Part shown: positions 11,753 to 25,349 of the stretch, one piece after another
How the letters are laid out: every line of letters begins with the position of its first letter
Position numbering within the stretch: position 1 is the stretch's first letter
Assembly (NCBI GenBank): GCA_964234715.1
Contig: OZ174280.1
DNA length: 64,000 nucleotides
Strand: one strand, 5' to 3'
Source of the DNA: Podarcis melisellensis
Lineage: Eukaryota
The notes under the pieces: model-generated
Databases searched by the model: none
What the model was told of the DNA's origin: nothing
What the model saw: only the letters and a program-made list of their open reading frames with translations
Position numbers and translations under genes: made by a program

Positions 11753-14700
11753 CTGTAAATAAAATGAATATATGCATTCAATATAAATATTCAGATTTTT
11801 ATACCTGTTCTGGTTTATGTAAAGGAAATCTAACTCCTCCATTAATAAGCATAACAGTTCTGAAGTTACACTATCCTGCTATAATGAGAACCAGACTGAA
11901 GGTCTTCTAGACTGGTCCATAAAAAAGCAAACAATTATTTCACAGGAGTCAAGCACTGCTAGATACCTAGCAGGGACAAAGGCCCAAGGCACAACTTTGC
12001 ATAAATGTCTAGTGCCCCTGGCGGGGATCTCACTGGTATGGAAAATGCCTTTCCCTGCCTTTCCTTTTCCACTGGATCTCACCCAGCACCCATTGCTTTC
12101 TTTCACTATTTTAATTCAAATACATTCACTGTGTGTTTGGAAGAGAGATGTACTGAGGGGATGGGGATTTTTTTAATACAGAAGTCTTTAAAAATGTTAT
12201 TTACAGTTAAAAAACAACAACAACCCGGCACACAATCAAGAAGCTGTTAACATCCATACCAAGAGTTCACACGGCTTCGCTTCCTCTGGTGATTTAAATG
12301 GACTAAAATTAAACTTCCCTTTGGAGTCAATTCTTCATAATTCTTAGTCAGTCAGGGTAGCTTGATATTTCCTTGCCTTCCCACCCACCCGCATCCCCTT
12401 CCCTACTGCCCTTTCCTCACAGCTAGAAAATTAAAGCTTAGTCAGGATGACTGTCCTGTCATTTTAAAGAAATAGTGTCAAGGAAGAGATATTCCCAACC
12501 ACCTTTCCCTGAAATAATCAATGACGTATCCGTTCTTACGGATGTGAAAAGTCTCCCACTTGACAATTCAGAGAGGCAGCCACACAATAGGAAAGCCCTG
12601 GGAGGAAACTTTGACATCCTCCCTCAGCCAAAACCGTATCAAGTCCAGCATGACTGATGTACTTTCTCCCTTGCAAAATTTAACTCTGAAGCCAGAAAGG
12701 AAAAGGGTCAGACAGAATGCAGGCTCTGCTGACAGGAGAATAAGGCTCATCTCTGCTATTCAATGCTAGAGGCTTGGTACAAACAAATCCCAGCTATTAA
12801 ACACATATAATATTTATATACAACAACAATCACACAAGCTGCTACAAACTTGTTCACTGGCTGAATGACAATTGGTTTACTACTAATTTTCCAATTTCTT
12901 GAGCATTGTGGTGACTGGGCCCGGTGTCAAGAAGTGACAGCCAGTCAGTGGATACAGTGAGACGTGGGCTCGCTCATCCCTACCCCCAAAATATCCTGTT
13001 TTCTGTAGGCTACTGCCAATGTAAATCCATTGAGTGAGTGGAACATACCGGACAAATGATGCCAGTGTCATTTGGTAGGCAGACTGGAGCTTCGGACTGC
13101 CGTCTAAATACTGTATATGTTGACGGGAGTCAATGGAAAGCCCAAGGCAATTCATTCCCACCTTACCTGCAGTTACACAGGGGCTGCAGAATGGGATTCC
13201 AATTAAACCAAGAGCTACTCACGACTCAAACAAGAGCAGCACACCTCCCCAGAACATAGACTGCACATTTTAAAAAGCAGAACATGTGGCTACATCACTC
13301 TAGACCTATAGCTGACTTTACAGGTAGGAAGTTTGTAATGGAATAGTTTGTGCAAAATGTTCCCTTGGTGCAAGGTGCCCCATTAACAACTACCTCTCCA
13401 TCCTGCCTACCAGGAATCCCCAAAAAACAAAGTACAGACAGGATAATGGGGTTAAAGAAAACAGCTGATCCATGAAATATGCCCATCTATTGACAAATGT
13501 AATTCCAGGAAAATCCATCACTCTGCTCTGCAGTTGAAGTAACCATTGTGTGAGAGGCTGGCGAATGTGTCCAGCAAGAACATTATTGTTCATATGTTAT
13601 GACCAAAAGCATTGCTTTTATACTGCTTTGAAGCTCTAGCAGGGTTAGAGAAGTTGTGCTCCTAATTCAACTTCCCAAGACTTCCATTAGTTAGGCTACT
13701 AGGCTTTTCAGAGTGAGAAATCACAAAGCATTTGATTGTTTAAAGAGACTGCTTGTTTTACTGGATGCAGATGTTTGCATTCAGGCTTCCAATTGTCTTG
13801 CTATGTTCCCAGATCAGTTAGTTTGACATCTAAATATTAGCATTGAACCAAACAGTTATTTCTCTGAGGAAACAGAACTCCACTCAGGAAAAAAATAGAT
13901 GGTTGGCTGCAACCAAAGAAAAATAAATAGTAGTACCAACCTCTTTCCCTGGCTTATTTAAATTTTATGTTCTCTTCGAAGGCAACACTAGGGTTCCTGA
14001 ACCAAAACTACAGTTCCTTTTTCTGATTGCCAGCATATTAAGTCTTCTGTTTCAAATGAAGCTATATTAGAGATGGATAGGCATTCTAGACTTTCTTTTG
14101 GTTCTGGAGAAAAAGGTTTATTACCCATTATAACACTAGCCCTTCATAACGAGAGGAAAAGGAACTGTGAACTCCAGACAGCAAATGCTGTCTCTGACTG
14201 TCCTACTCAAATCAATGAGATTTAAATTAGTCAAGACCACTTCTGACTACTTGCTTTTGTTGGACAGTGTGCAGTACTTGTGGTTCATGCTTGTATTCTA
14301 TCACTACTTCAAGAAACTTGTGATGGAGAATTGTAAGCGTCCCTTTGATTTTTTGGGGGGAATAGGCATACTTGGTGTTCTCTGTGTGTCTTCTATATTT
14401 TGGAAGTATTTAAATCTTCATTTAATTTGAACACAACTGCTAAATGTCTGTACCCCTTCATCCATGGCAGAAGCAAGAGTTGGAAGGCGATTTTGAGGCC
14501 ATGCCTCTCATGTACCCACTTCCTAAGACTGGATTCAATCATGACGATATCCACATTCTATACCGAGAGCTCCATGACAAATCAATTTGTGGCAGGAGTG
14601 AGTAGCGGTTGCACGGTGGAAGTGGCAGATGGAGGATTAGGTTCAATCTGGCCTGTATTTTCTAACTGGATAAGTTATGGATGGAGTGTCATCTTGGCTT

Positions 14701-17294
14701 TCTTAGCCTTTGCTCTGCAGTTCATGGCGTGTGTGGCTTTAAATCAGATATTTGGGTAGTGGCGTTAATTCCCATTTAAACTGTATTTCACTTTTAGCAA
14801 GGTTTGAGGTTATAAAAACACTTTGAGAAATCATGAAACATGATCTCCTAAGGTTAGAACAGTGTGTTAAACCTTCCTAATGCTTCAGCTGCTTAACACA
14901 AAAAGAGAGAGGGGTAAACACACAGAGTGTTTTTGCTTGGATTTATGCCACTTCCTGTGGAAGGTGCTCTCCACCCATAAAGAAAACTAAACTGCAGACG
15001 ACAGGGAATGTGCTATATGATGTTGTAAGCTGGTAGCTCACCATTTCAACTGATCGATGCCCTTCTTAAATTCATTATATTAGAAAAGGCTTCACTTGGA
15101 CCCAGAACATTTTAAGCAAACAGCTTAACATGAGATTAGGTGAGAAGGAAATGGCCCCTAAGATTTGCATCTTCCCACAATTTGCCACCACAAAAGCGGT
15201 TCATAAAAGACATTTTGATTTCAGCCATTCTGATTGCATCTGAATTCCAAACAAAACAAGATCTTGTATGGTCTTGGATGAAACAAGTACTGCAACCCCC
15301 TTAGAGGCTAGCCTCAGCTACCGGCACCTATTGCCAATAATCAGAAGAACTAAACTGCAAGAACTCCGGGTCAAAGGACAGGACATAAATTATAAATAAA
15401 TTCAGAAAAGTATATAAAGCACAGTGAAAAAGGTGAGGCTAGGGCTTTTCTAAATCTAAGTCTCATAAGCAACACTCAACTTGCTTATGAACATTTAGGC
15501 CATTCCTTAGGAGCTGGAAATTATGGGACGAAGTAGGGGAGCAGTAGTTACCCCTCTCTTCATTTCCTTTTCTACAGCCATGTCTTTTTTCCCCACCCCC
15601 CATGGCTGCACAAGGGCCAGACTAAAAGTGACCAATACCCTCTGCACATCCTGATGAAGGACAGAAGCATACAAAAGGGCAGCAGCCACAAAGGGAAGGG
15701 GTTAAAATGGAAGTGATGTACATGTGTGTGGTGTTTCTCAGGCAGCTGCTTCCTCCGTGGCCTTTATCTCGTCACAGGAAAGTCAGCCTATAGCAGCCGA
15801 ACTCTCACCCCTCCTCTGGCCCAGTAAAACATGCCATCTGTTTACAGGTCAGGAAAATGGGGTCAGATTTGTAACTTGTCATTGGACAGGAAATGGTGAA
15901 AAGTGTCCTGTTCAAGCATCGAGACCCTTATTGTCTGTCAGAAGCATTTTTGCTGCAATGCATTGAGTTCATCTGCATCCTACTGTACCCTAGCATCGCA
16001 TTCTTCTTCTTCTCTGTCCTCTTCCACCCTTTGGCAAAGTATTTAGAGCAACTAACAGGAGAGCTTAGTCAAAGCCTTCCATATAGCTATCTCTAATACC
16101 GGGCGATTCTAGACAAAGCCACATGACCCAAATTGAAGCCCCTGAGTTGAAAAGAAACTGTTTCGTTGTGTGAAAAAGTTGCCCAAAGTATTTTCTGAAT
16201 ATATCCAAGAGCTCCTTCCAGGGTGATCTTTTGTTTGTTTAACTCGCGACAGAAATAAATAAGAATAAAAATGCCACGGAAGCTTTGAAGAATCTTGTTG
16301 CGCTGTCTCTGCAACTTAGTGGAGACTATCACTTCTGCTACTAAGTAAAATGTAAGCAGGAGATGTTCACCCACTGAAATTACAATTGAGGGTCAATGTG
16401 TATGTGAGAGAAGCAGGACTGGGGAAGAAGCGCTTGCTGGAAAACAAACTGATGGCCTGGGGGCATGGAGAGCGCTTATGCATTCTCTCCCCCCCTCCCA
16501 GATTCTCTGGCAGTTTTATTATTATTTTTCTTCCCAGCTAGATTGTGAAATTGCAAGTGAGGAGGGCAGGGCATTTGTAGGGGAGAACTGGTGGTTTTGG
16601 GAAGGAGTAAGCACCTGCCTGGCAAATCTCCCATACAAGTGCAATTCCTGTTATTGCATAGTCAAATTGCATCTTATGTGGGAACTCAGTGCTTGGAAAT
16701 CCCCAGGTTTATTTACTTCACAAAATGGCCCTGATTCATAGCACTGCATGGTGCTGATTGTGGAGCTGTGATCCTTTATCTCTATGCTGTGAAGCTCTGA
16801 TAGCTTTCTCCTGAAGGTTGCGATGTCTCAAAAAGATCTGGGCATGTTTTCTGGAGCTAAAAACATTTCTGCTTAGCTTTTCAATCTGTACTTGGGTACT
16901 GAGAAACTACATTCCTCACAGAATTCAAACAGTGGTTTGGTTAGCAATGGAATCAGTGGAAAAGAAAGAAAATACATATATATTCAGCTGCCTTTTGAGA
17001 TGTTTCAAAACTCGGGATGGGTGGGGAACTGCTATAATGGTTTACACATTCACCTGTGTGAACCACCCTGCTAATGTGCCCAGTCTAGTATGTATTCAAG
17101 GAGAACTCTTTTCCGTGCACTAAACATCACCAATCTAATACTTAGAGGGAAATTGTTTCACATGAACTTCACATGTTACATGTGAAAGGTTACTGTTTGC
17201 TGTGCATTTATCTTTTAGGTTTCTAACACTGCATTGCACATTGGTTTTCCTTATTTAAGTCTCCACCCCTTTCTCCCTTCTTTGTTTAAGTCTA

Positions 17295-17681
<387 letters not shown>

Positions 17682-18060
17682 CTACAAAGAAAAAAAAAGG
17701 AAGGAAAAAGACATTAGGATGCTGTCCTCGCAACAGTTGGCACCAGACTGCAGTGGAACAGAATTGGTGCCAGGTTTACAATATGGCAAACAGAAAACAA
17801 ACCTATCTTCAGGGCAGAGCAAAATAGCAGCCGGGGGAAAAAGCGTTGTGTGGCAGGGAGGGCCTCTGCTGTCACTACCAACACTGCAAAACAGGTGTCA
17901 GCAGTAGGCAAAAGGTGGTAGAGGAATTTCAACCCCCAACTTGTCGACCAAATTTGGGTCCCAAGTTCAAACCTTCGGCTCAATCTTCGTAACTTCTTTT
18001 GTCTGTCATGCCATCCAACTTTAATGAGCGACCCACAGTCCTATGATTATAATTACTGGG

Positions 18061-18214
18061 GAATGGTGTGCTTTCTTTATCAATTTTTAACACACTATTT
18101 ATAATTGTATAAACCTTTCTTATGTCTTTCCTTGATCATTTTTTCTACCTGATAAGAAAGGTTTATACAATTATAAATAGTGTGTTAAAAATTGATAAAG
18201 AAAGCACACCATTC
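18061..18214. repeat. Perfect 63-bp inverted repeat with 28-nt spacer
   Basis: 18061-18123 is the exact reverse complement of 18152-18214. Confidence 0.95.
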
Positions 18215-18440
18215 TCAGATGGAAAGTCCCCCCCCCCTTTATAATTTTGGCTTCCCCACTTCTGAACATTTTCCAGATCTGCAACCCCCTTTTTGAGATG
18301 AGGTAACTGGAACACTGCTGAATATTATTGCAAGTGCAGCTGCAGCATGGATCATAGCATTAAGATTCAGACCATCTTATGGTTTTTTCCTAATTTGCTT
18401 TTAAGTCCTAGCAGTGTTTGTGACCACTTTGTGACTTGAA
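18065..18440 (-). mobile_element. Decayed CR1 LINE fragment containing the inverted duplication
   Basis: Antisense CR1-like sequence: ttctgaacattttcca...tttttgagatgaggtaactggaacactgctgaatattattgcaagtgcagctgcagcatggat. Confidence 0.6.
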
Positions 18441-20245
18441 CTTTTAAAATGCCTTGGACCTAAAATACAGTGTTCAAAATGATACTTTTGCTTCAGCCAG
18501 GGAAAACGAACAAACAAATCAACAGCCAACCAAGGACTTGACCTGAAATGAAGTAGCTGAAATGATGTCAAACGGGTATTGTCTCCTGCCTCACCCCTCC
18601 CCACTTATCCTGGTCTGGTTTCCTCTTGAAAGTTGTGGGCACAACCTATTCCTCGAGTTCCTGTGGGAACCTTGGGAAGCCAAAAAGAGAGAGGAAGAGG
18701 CAGCAGGAAAGGCAGAAACGTTTGCCCACAAATCAAAGGAGCTGGAGGCTAACCCAATCTGAAAAGCAGGGCAAGGGGAGTCTGAACATGGCCAAGTCCT
18801 CCCATTATGGCTGCCTTCCCATAACACAAGGCAGGGAGATGAACGTGACAAGGTCACAGCAATGCCTGCTTGTATAATTGATGCAGTAAAAGTTTACAGT
18901 TGGAGGAAAAGCGAGGCACTGTAGTCTGATCACTGCTTACAAATCAAGACATGAATTAGGATGGGCTCATTCTTAAGCCAATAAACCATGGTTTCTCAGT
19001 CCAATATTTTTATGTCTGGACTGAGACATTTTTATGTAGTTGCTTTGTTGAACCTGCCATTGGTACAATGGTACAAGCCAATCAGTATATTTTCAGAAGA
19101 AAACAGTGCATGCCAGTAGTCTGAGAGAAGAAAAGGTCAGGTCTAAACTTAAGAGAGCTCCTGCAAGCAAGAACTGCAAGCAAGGCAGAATTTTACCAGA
19201 TACAGCTGTCTCTACCATGGCATTTCAGTTCTGAAAGAGGCTGTACCTATTGGAATTCTCCCTTGTCACAGAATCGTAGAATTGTCTTATCTAAGCCTGA
19301 ATGTATAAGAGCCCATTCAGTCATTAAACAGTTTAGAATCATCCTTCAACATAATATCAATTATTTCTCTTTCGATGAAACTTGATAAGTCACCATATTT
19401 GCTGAACAAAATTTAGTGGCAGCATGTGGAAGGTTAACCAGCCCGATCTTGTGTTCTTTTTCACAAAACCCACCCTGTGCTGTCATCTTCTGCCCTCTTT
19501 ACATCCGAAAGGTTTTCATTATAAAGTGAAACCAAGCTAAAGAAAACAAACACTTAATGTAAAAAAACAAAAAACAAAAACGAACAACCCAACTGAACTG
19601 AAGTTGTTTTTACAGCAGACAAAAAGTGACTTACAAGTGGTTTTTACTCAAGTCTCTATATACTGCTAACTCAGTCGTGGGAGGTTTACGGAGGCGCCAG
19701 TGTGGTGTTTATATAGTAACATGAAATGAACAACTGCCACTTGCAGACCAATAAGCTGCAGTGGGAAAAGTGGCAGCCAATAGCACAGAGGAGATAAGCG
19801 TGACAAAACCGAAGAGGGAGGGAAGACAGCAATGACCTCGTGGCCGTATGTAGCCAGAGTTGCTGGAAAACCTCTCACATATAAGAAATCTGGCAGTGGC
19901 AACATCACCACAGAACAGACCACTCTCAGGGCAATGTGCAGCAGTTCTGCGGCCAGGGGACTTCCAGTGATGTTAGTGGGAATGTCTGTGGTTAGTCAGG
20001 GATCCCAAGCAAATAAAAATGAGGGGCTCATGTTCCCTTAACAAGTGAGGAGAAGAAAAATATTAATAGTTGCTTACATTTTTGTTACTTTTCAGAAGGT
20101 TTGGCAATAATAATAATAATAATATCACATGCAACATATGTTTGTTGTAAGAAGGGCTTTCATTCCATTTTCAGACAGTGGCTCAAAGTAACTAAATCCA
20201 CCATTTTCAATGTTTATATCATGCGTGAATGAATACATTTGTCAT

Positions 20246-20381
20246 CAGTGCCATTTTTCTAGAAAGAGGTTCTGGAACTCGCCATGAACGACTCCCTTGT
20301 TCTCTTATAATGGCAATGGCGCCCACCTGAGATGTGCCGGAACTGAGTTCCAGTGAGTTCCAACTGGGGGGAAAAGCTCTG
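20246..20381 (+). mobile_element. Non-autonomous DNA transposon (hAT-like MITE)
   Basis: CAGTGC...GCTCTG termini and partial TSD (tgtcat). A second copy lies in the opposite orientation at about 45460-45579. Confidence 0.7.
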
Positions 20382-21246
20382 CGTGTCATGAAGTTTACAC
20401 AAGTAAACTCATGCTACCAGTACCAGCTGTGTGAAGGCATCTTTGTTACTTCATAGTACTGCTCTGGGGATATTTTGTGTTGTTTGAAAACACTTTGGAA
20501 AGATGGAGAGGCTACTGGACAATCTGTTTGGGGTGGGAGAAGATGTGGTCAATCACACACACTTCCCTCATAAGCGCTTGACAGGTAAGCTCTGTTTGAC
20601 ACAACTGTAACTGTGACCCATATTCAAACTCTAAAGTTGTCAGGGTTGCCTAACCTACGTCAAATATTGCTGTTGGGATGAGTAAGAACACACTGTAGAG
20701 TACACTGCTGATTGAGAAATGCTTACATTAATGATTAACAGTTTCTGAAGTACTGTAGGAAATTTTCAAATGAATGCGTACCTGCATCTGGCCTCATTTG
20801 AGCAGATGGGTTAGAGTCACACAAAAGAGCGTAAAGGGGAAAAATCATTACCTTTTGTTGAGTCTGGGGCTTTGAAATCAGTCACTGATATTTATCTAAT
20901 GACTAACAGATTGGCCATGATCCCACTGAAATAGAGTCAGAAGTTTGCTATTTGGCGTTCTTGCAGACATGAACTCCACTGTTCATCTGGCTGTTAGAGT
21001 AAGTATAGCACAGCCCTGGGAACTAAAACAAGTAGCATTTAAGGTGGCCACCTCAGGAGTTTATTTCCTAACCCCGCATGGCACAATGACATAAATGTCA
21101 GTGAAGATATATAAGACATTAATCCAGCAGCTGTTTTCAAATTTGGCTGGCACAATGCAACACCCTGTGGGCAACATTACCTGGCTTACTCTAACAACCC
21201 CTGGAGTCGGGACACATTTATTTAGAAAGCAAAATACTACCTAGAT

Positions 21247-21381
21247 CAGGCTTCCTCAACCTTGGCCCCCAGATGCTTTTGGCCTACAACTCCCATGATC
21301 CCTAGCTAGCAGGACCAGCGGTCAGGGATGATGGGAATTGTAGTATCAAAACATCTGGAGGGCCAAGTTTGAGGAAGCCTG
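21247..21381. mobile_element. Palindromic hAT MITE (135 bp)
   Basis: TIRs CAGGCTTCCTCAA/TTGAGGAAGCCTG, 8-bp TSD acctagat/acttagat, internal palindrome ctacaactcccat...atgggaattgtag. Confidence 0.9.
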
Positions 21382-23199
21382 ACTTAGATGGGAGCTGGTG
21401 TTCTTCCACATAAAGTGAGAGTAAATGTGTGGGTATTGTTGGACTGGCCTTAGTAGTGTCTGAACTGGGCAGAGAGAGCAGCAGCAGGAAACTAATGCAA
21501 TTGCTCAATGGAATGTCATTAAGTCAAGAATGAGCTTTGGCCCAGCATATCTGAACACTGCTGTGAAGAAGCTTTGCTATGCCATTGTGGGTTTTCCTTT
21601 GGAATTCAGGATTCATCTGAATCCAATGCACACTCCTAGTACACAATGCAGATGACTGTTGCAAATCAACTAAAACCATAACACACACCTTTTCTCACCT
21701 CCGGTGAACTAACCATGCATTGAGCAACAAGAGACCAACCCACGGCTCTCCAAATAATATACGAGACTTAAAATAGATACGCAATGCATATGCTTCAAAT
21801 GTTACAGTTTTAACTGGAACAAAACATTAGTCTATAATAGACTCGGTCAAAAAACAAACCAACCGCCAAATGTATCAAGCAGTATGAAGAGCACAATGCT
21901 GAACTTGTAGGATCCAAAAAAATGCAACCCTGACAAATTTAATGAAGATCCACTCCCTATAGGACTGGAGTGCAAGAGAGAGAACCCTACAGGCAAAACT
22001 GGATCAACCGTGACAGCTTCTTCTACCTGAAGTCAAATGAGAGTAGAGGAAAATTAGCACCTTGTGGGAGAGTTTGATATTAGTCAGCACTTCAAGGTGG
22101 TTTTCATTTTGTTTTTTGTACGAAAGCAGCAGAGCAGGTTTTTATGATATGGTGTGCCAGGCCCACAAAGCCTGTAAAATTGCTTCTCTGCAGGTTCAGA
22201 ATCAGCAATTGCCTGGGTGGGGGCAGTAGCGTACAGCGGTAGGGGCAGAGAAAGAGTCCAATTTTCAGTAAGTTGAAACTCACACAGACAGCCTCCAGTT
22301 TTGCAGAAATTACATGCTTGTCTGTACATGCCATTTTCTTTAATGAATCCAAAACTAATAGTGACTCATCTAAGTCAAAGGTGACTTCTCTGAATGTTTG
22401 GGGAGCTCCCTGCCACATTCTAGCCTCCTACTTTCTGCAGCAACCATTTCCAAGAATCAAATTTGAACATTTATGAGCCAAACTAGCTGGGCACATTTCA
22501 CGAACACCTTTCCCCCTATTGCCTGCGCCCCTCCTTTTCTTTGACCATTATTTGGTGGAAGGAGAGTGAAAGGTGTTTAAATGATGGCAGAAACCCCCAA
22601 ATGTACTCAGGACTACCATGCTCTCCCCTGACAAGTGCCCCTTCCCAGTACAGCCAAAAATAAAAAGAGCCTCTTCCAAGTACATTTTGGGCAGATGTGG
22701 TGCCCATCCTATCTCCTCAGGTCACAATACACTCAGAAAGAAAGGGGGAGATAACTCTTCACAATCCCAATGGCCACTTGCTCTCGTATCAGCCATCCTC
22801 TAATAGAGCAGTGAAGCTGCCATTTAGCCAGTGAGAATTGGCTATGTGATGATATTACCAGTGAAGCAAATTCAGAGTGAGGACATTTTCTTTTTAAAAA
22901 AAATCTGTGTTAGATTTGTTTGTCCTGAGTGACATCACCAACTAGCTAATTCTCACTGAATACATCAGGGGACGGGGCGGGAAATGGTGCCAAATAAGCA
23001 ATTGAGTAGCACTGTGAATATAAGCAAAGGAGCATAGCACAAAAGATGCTATGTCCCCTCACCTCAACACCCTCAGGTGCTAAATGTGTATAATGACAGC
23101 GCCAAGTGTAATATCTTTGAGGAGAGCATTCCACAATTGGGGAACGGCCACAAAAAAGACTTGTTCTTGTCTAGCCACTCTTTGCAGCTCCCTTGGACT

Positions 23200-23500
23200 C
23201 AAGATGATGATGGCAGGGTCCAGATAGGTTCATGTGGGGAGATGTGGTCCAGAAGATATTTGGGTCATGAGCTGCATAAGGCTTTATAGGTCTAAACCGG
23301 CAGTCTGAACTGAGTCCAGAAACGAACTGGCAGTGAATGAAGGCAGATTAGGATTGGTGTTATATGATCAAACATCCTACACCCAGTTAACAATTTGGCT
23401 GGTGGATTCTACACTGGCTGCAGTTCTGAACTGTTTTCAAAGGCAGCCCCACGTATAAGGCATTGCAGTAATCTAACCTAGAGCTTACCTGAGCACCTTG
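23200..23500 (-). mobile_element. L2-like LINE fragment
   Basis: Antisense encodes SSRLDYCNALYVGLPLKTVQ-like ORF2 C-terminal remnant (aggcagccccacgtataaggcattgcagtaatctaacctagag). Confidence 0.75.
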
Positions 23501-25024
23501 TAGGTTAGATTACTGTTGACCTGCAACTGCCATTATCTCGGACTACCAGCCATGTTGTTTGGGATTGCTGGAAGTTGTAGTCTAACAAGATTTGCAGGGC
23601 CACAGAATAGGCTCCCCTGATGCAGAACATTCAGCTCAGTCCAATACAATAATATAATTCTACCACTTTGTAAATTCTCCATGAATTGCTTTGGTTACTA
23701 TACCAAAGTGCCATATAATCACTATTTTGTTTTCACCTCAGTCCAAACAGTACAGCAGGTCTTCATACTGTTCCTCTAATTTTAAAATCAGTGAACATAA
23801 ATGGCCTCTAAAGAGGTCCTGGAGAGTTTAGCGGGGTGTACACATACAGGGTGGGGAATGGTGGAACCATTTCATGGCAAATGGTGATAGGTAAAACAAA
23901 CCGTTTATTCTGAAGTCCTCGAGACCAGCTCCATTGCTATAACCAAAGGACACACACTCACTCACTCACTCACTACTGCTATGATTATTCTTATATTTTT
24001 TTTTAAGAAGGAGGAAGGGGGGGGGGACAAAAAATGAGCTTTAGCCTTTTTCATGTTGCAAATCCACCCGCCTCCAGTTCACTGGCAATGTTATTTTACC
24101 ATCGCTGAGAGGAAATGGTGTAAATGTTTACGGAATAACTTTGAAACATTTGAAGAAAAGTGAGAGAAAAATATGGGGAAATAAATTCATGCAGACTCCC
24201 AAACAGTCTGAAAGGCATGGTAATTAAATTATGGAGGCTGCTTCCATCATAAAGAGTAAAAGGGAAAGGGGAAGGGAAACAGCAGGGAGCTGTGTGTTAA
24301 TTTATCTTTTGGGGCAGCAAAGAGAAGGAATTGTGTTGGAGAAAGCCTACACATATATATCTACTTATGTTTAATGTTTTTATAAGTTCAGGTTTGGGTT
24401 CTCCTCCCCCACCTGCCCCCAAATTTCATATCTAAGGTTACAGGAGATTCAGGGCCCACAGATCTTTTGAAATAGTCTCAGAAGAAGAAAAAGCTTTCCC
24501 TTAATTACATTTACCACAAATCACTCCCTAAATCTCTCTCCCTTTTCCTTCCAAAGAGCTTAGGGTAGTTCCACCCATAATTGACCTGTGCCGTGCTCTT
24601 TTCACAAGCTCTATCAAGCATGCTTCCAGCAGCTACAGTCAGGAAATACTCTGGCATAACAAGCTGAGGAAAGGAAGGGCAGAGCCATTTTTCATTGACA
24701 AAGAAAAACAAGACCAGCCCCATAGTTTTGGATGAAACTATGTGGGCTAGTAAGTCCACCTGCCCTGCTTCCTGAAGAGCTACTCAGAAAGCAGATTACT
24801 TTTTTAAAAAAAAAACTAATGGAACAGATAATTATGATTTTGAATCAATGTAGGTAAATGACAAATAAAGCAGGCTAACATTATCTCAATTATGTTGCTT
24901 GGCAAAATGAAATACACGAAGGCTTACATTCCTTGAGCTTTGCTTGCTCTTGCTTTTTCTAGTGAAACTGAGATCGAAACAAGTAATGCAGATGTGGTTC
25001 TTTTTTGGCAGGATAAACATTGCA

Positions 25025-25171
25025 AAGGAACAAGAAACTGCTGGTCTATCTAGCTCATTATTGCTTACACTGCCTAGGAGTCTTTTCCAACTGTACCTAG
25101 AGAGGCTGGGGAATTCAATTTGGTCCCCTCTGCTTGCAAGGCAGATGCTCTGCCTACCTTTCAGCTATGGC
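25025..25171 (-). mobile_element. Squam3-like tRNA-derived SINE (internally deleted)
   Basis: Reverse complement of gccatagctga..ggtaggcagagcatctgccttgcaagcagaggggacc... head and gagctagatagaccagcagtttc tail. Confidence 0.65.
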
Positions 25172-25349
25172 TGTTCACGCCAACTTCTTAAAACCACAGC
25201 ATCCAAATGCCTCTGTAGCATACCTGTTTTATAGGTCATAATCCCATTCCATAGGTCATAATTCCCAACTTGAAGATGAGGAACAAATCAGGCTGATGTC
25301 TGATGTTACTCTATGATGCACATTCAATACACATTGCTACCTTCATAAA

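Noticed and set aside
11753-11842. Upstream extension of the exon 6 ORF (MEELDFLY...)
   Set aside because: Intronic sequence 5' of a canonical acceptor, not homologous to LPP3.
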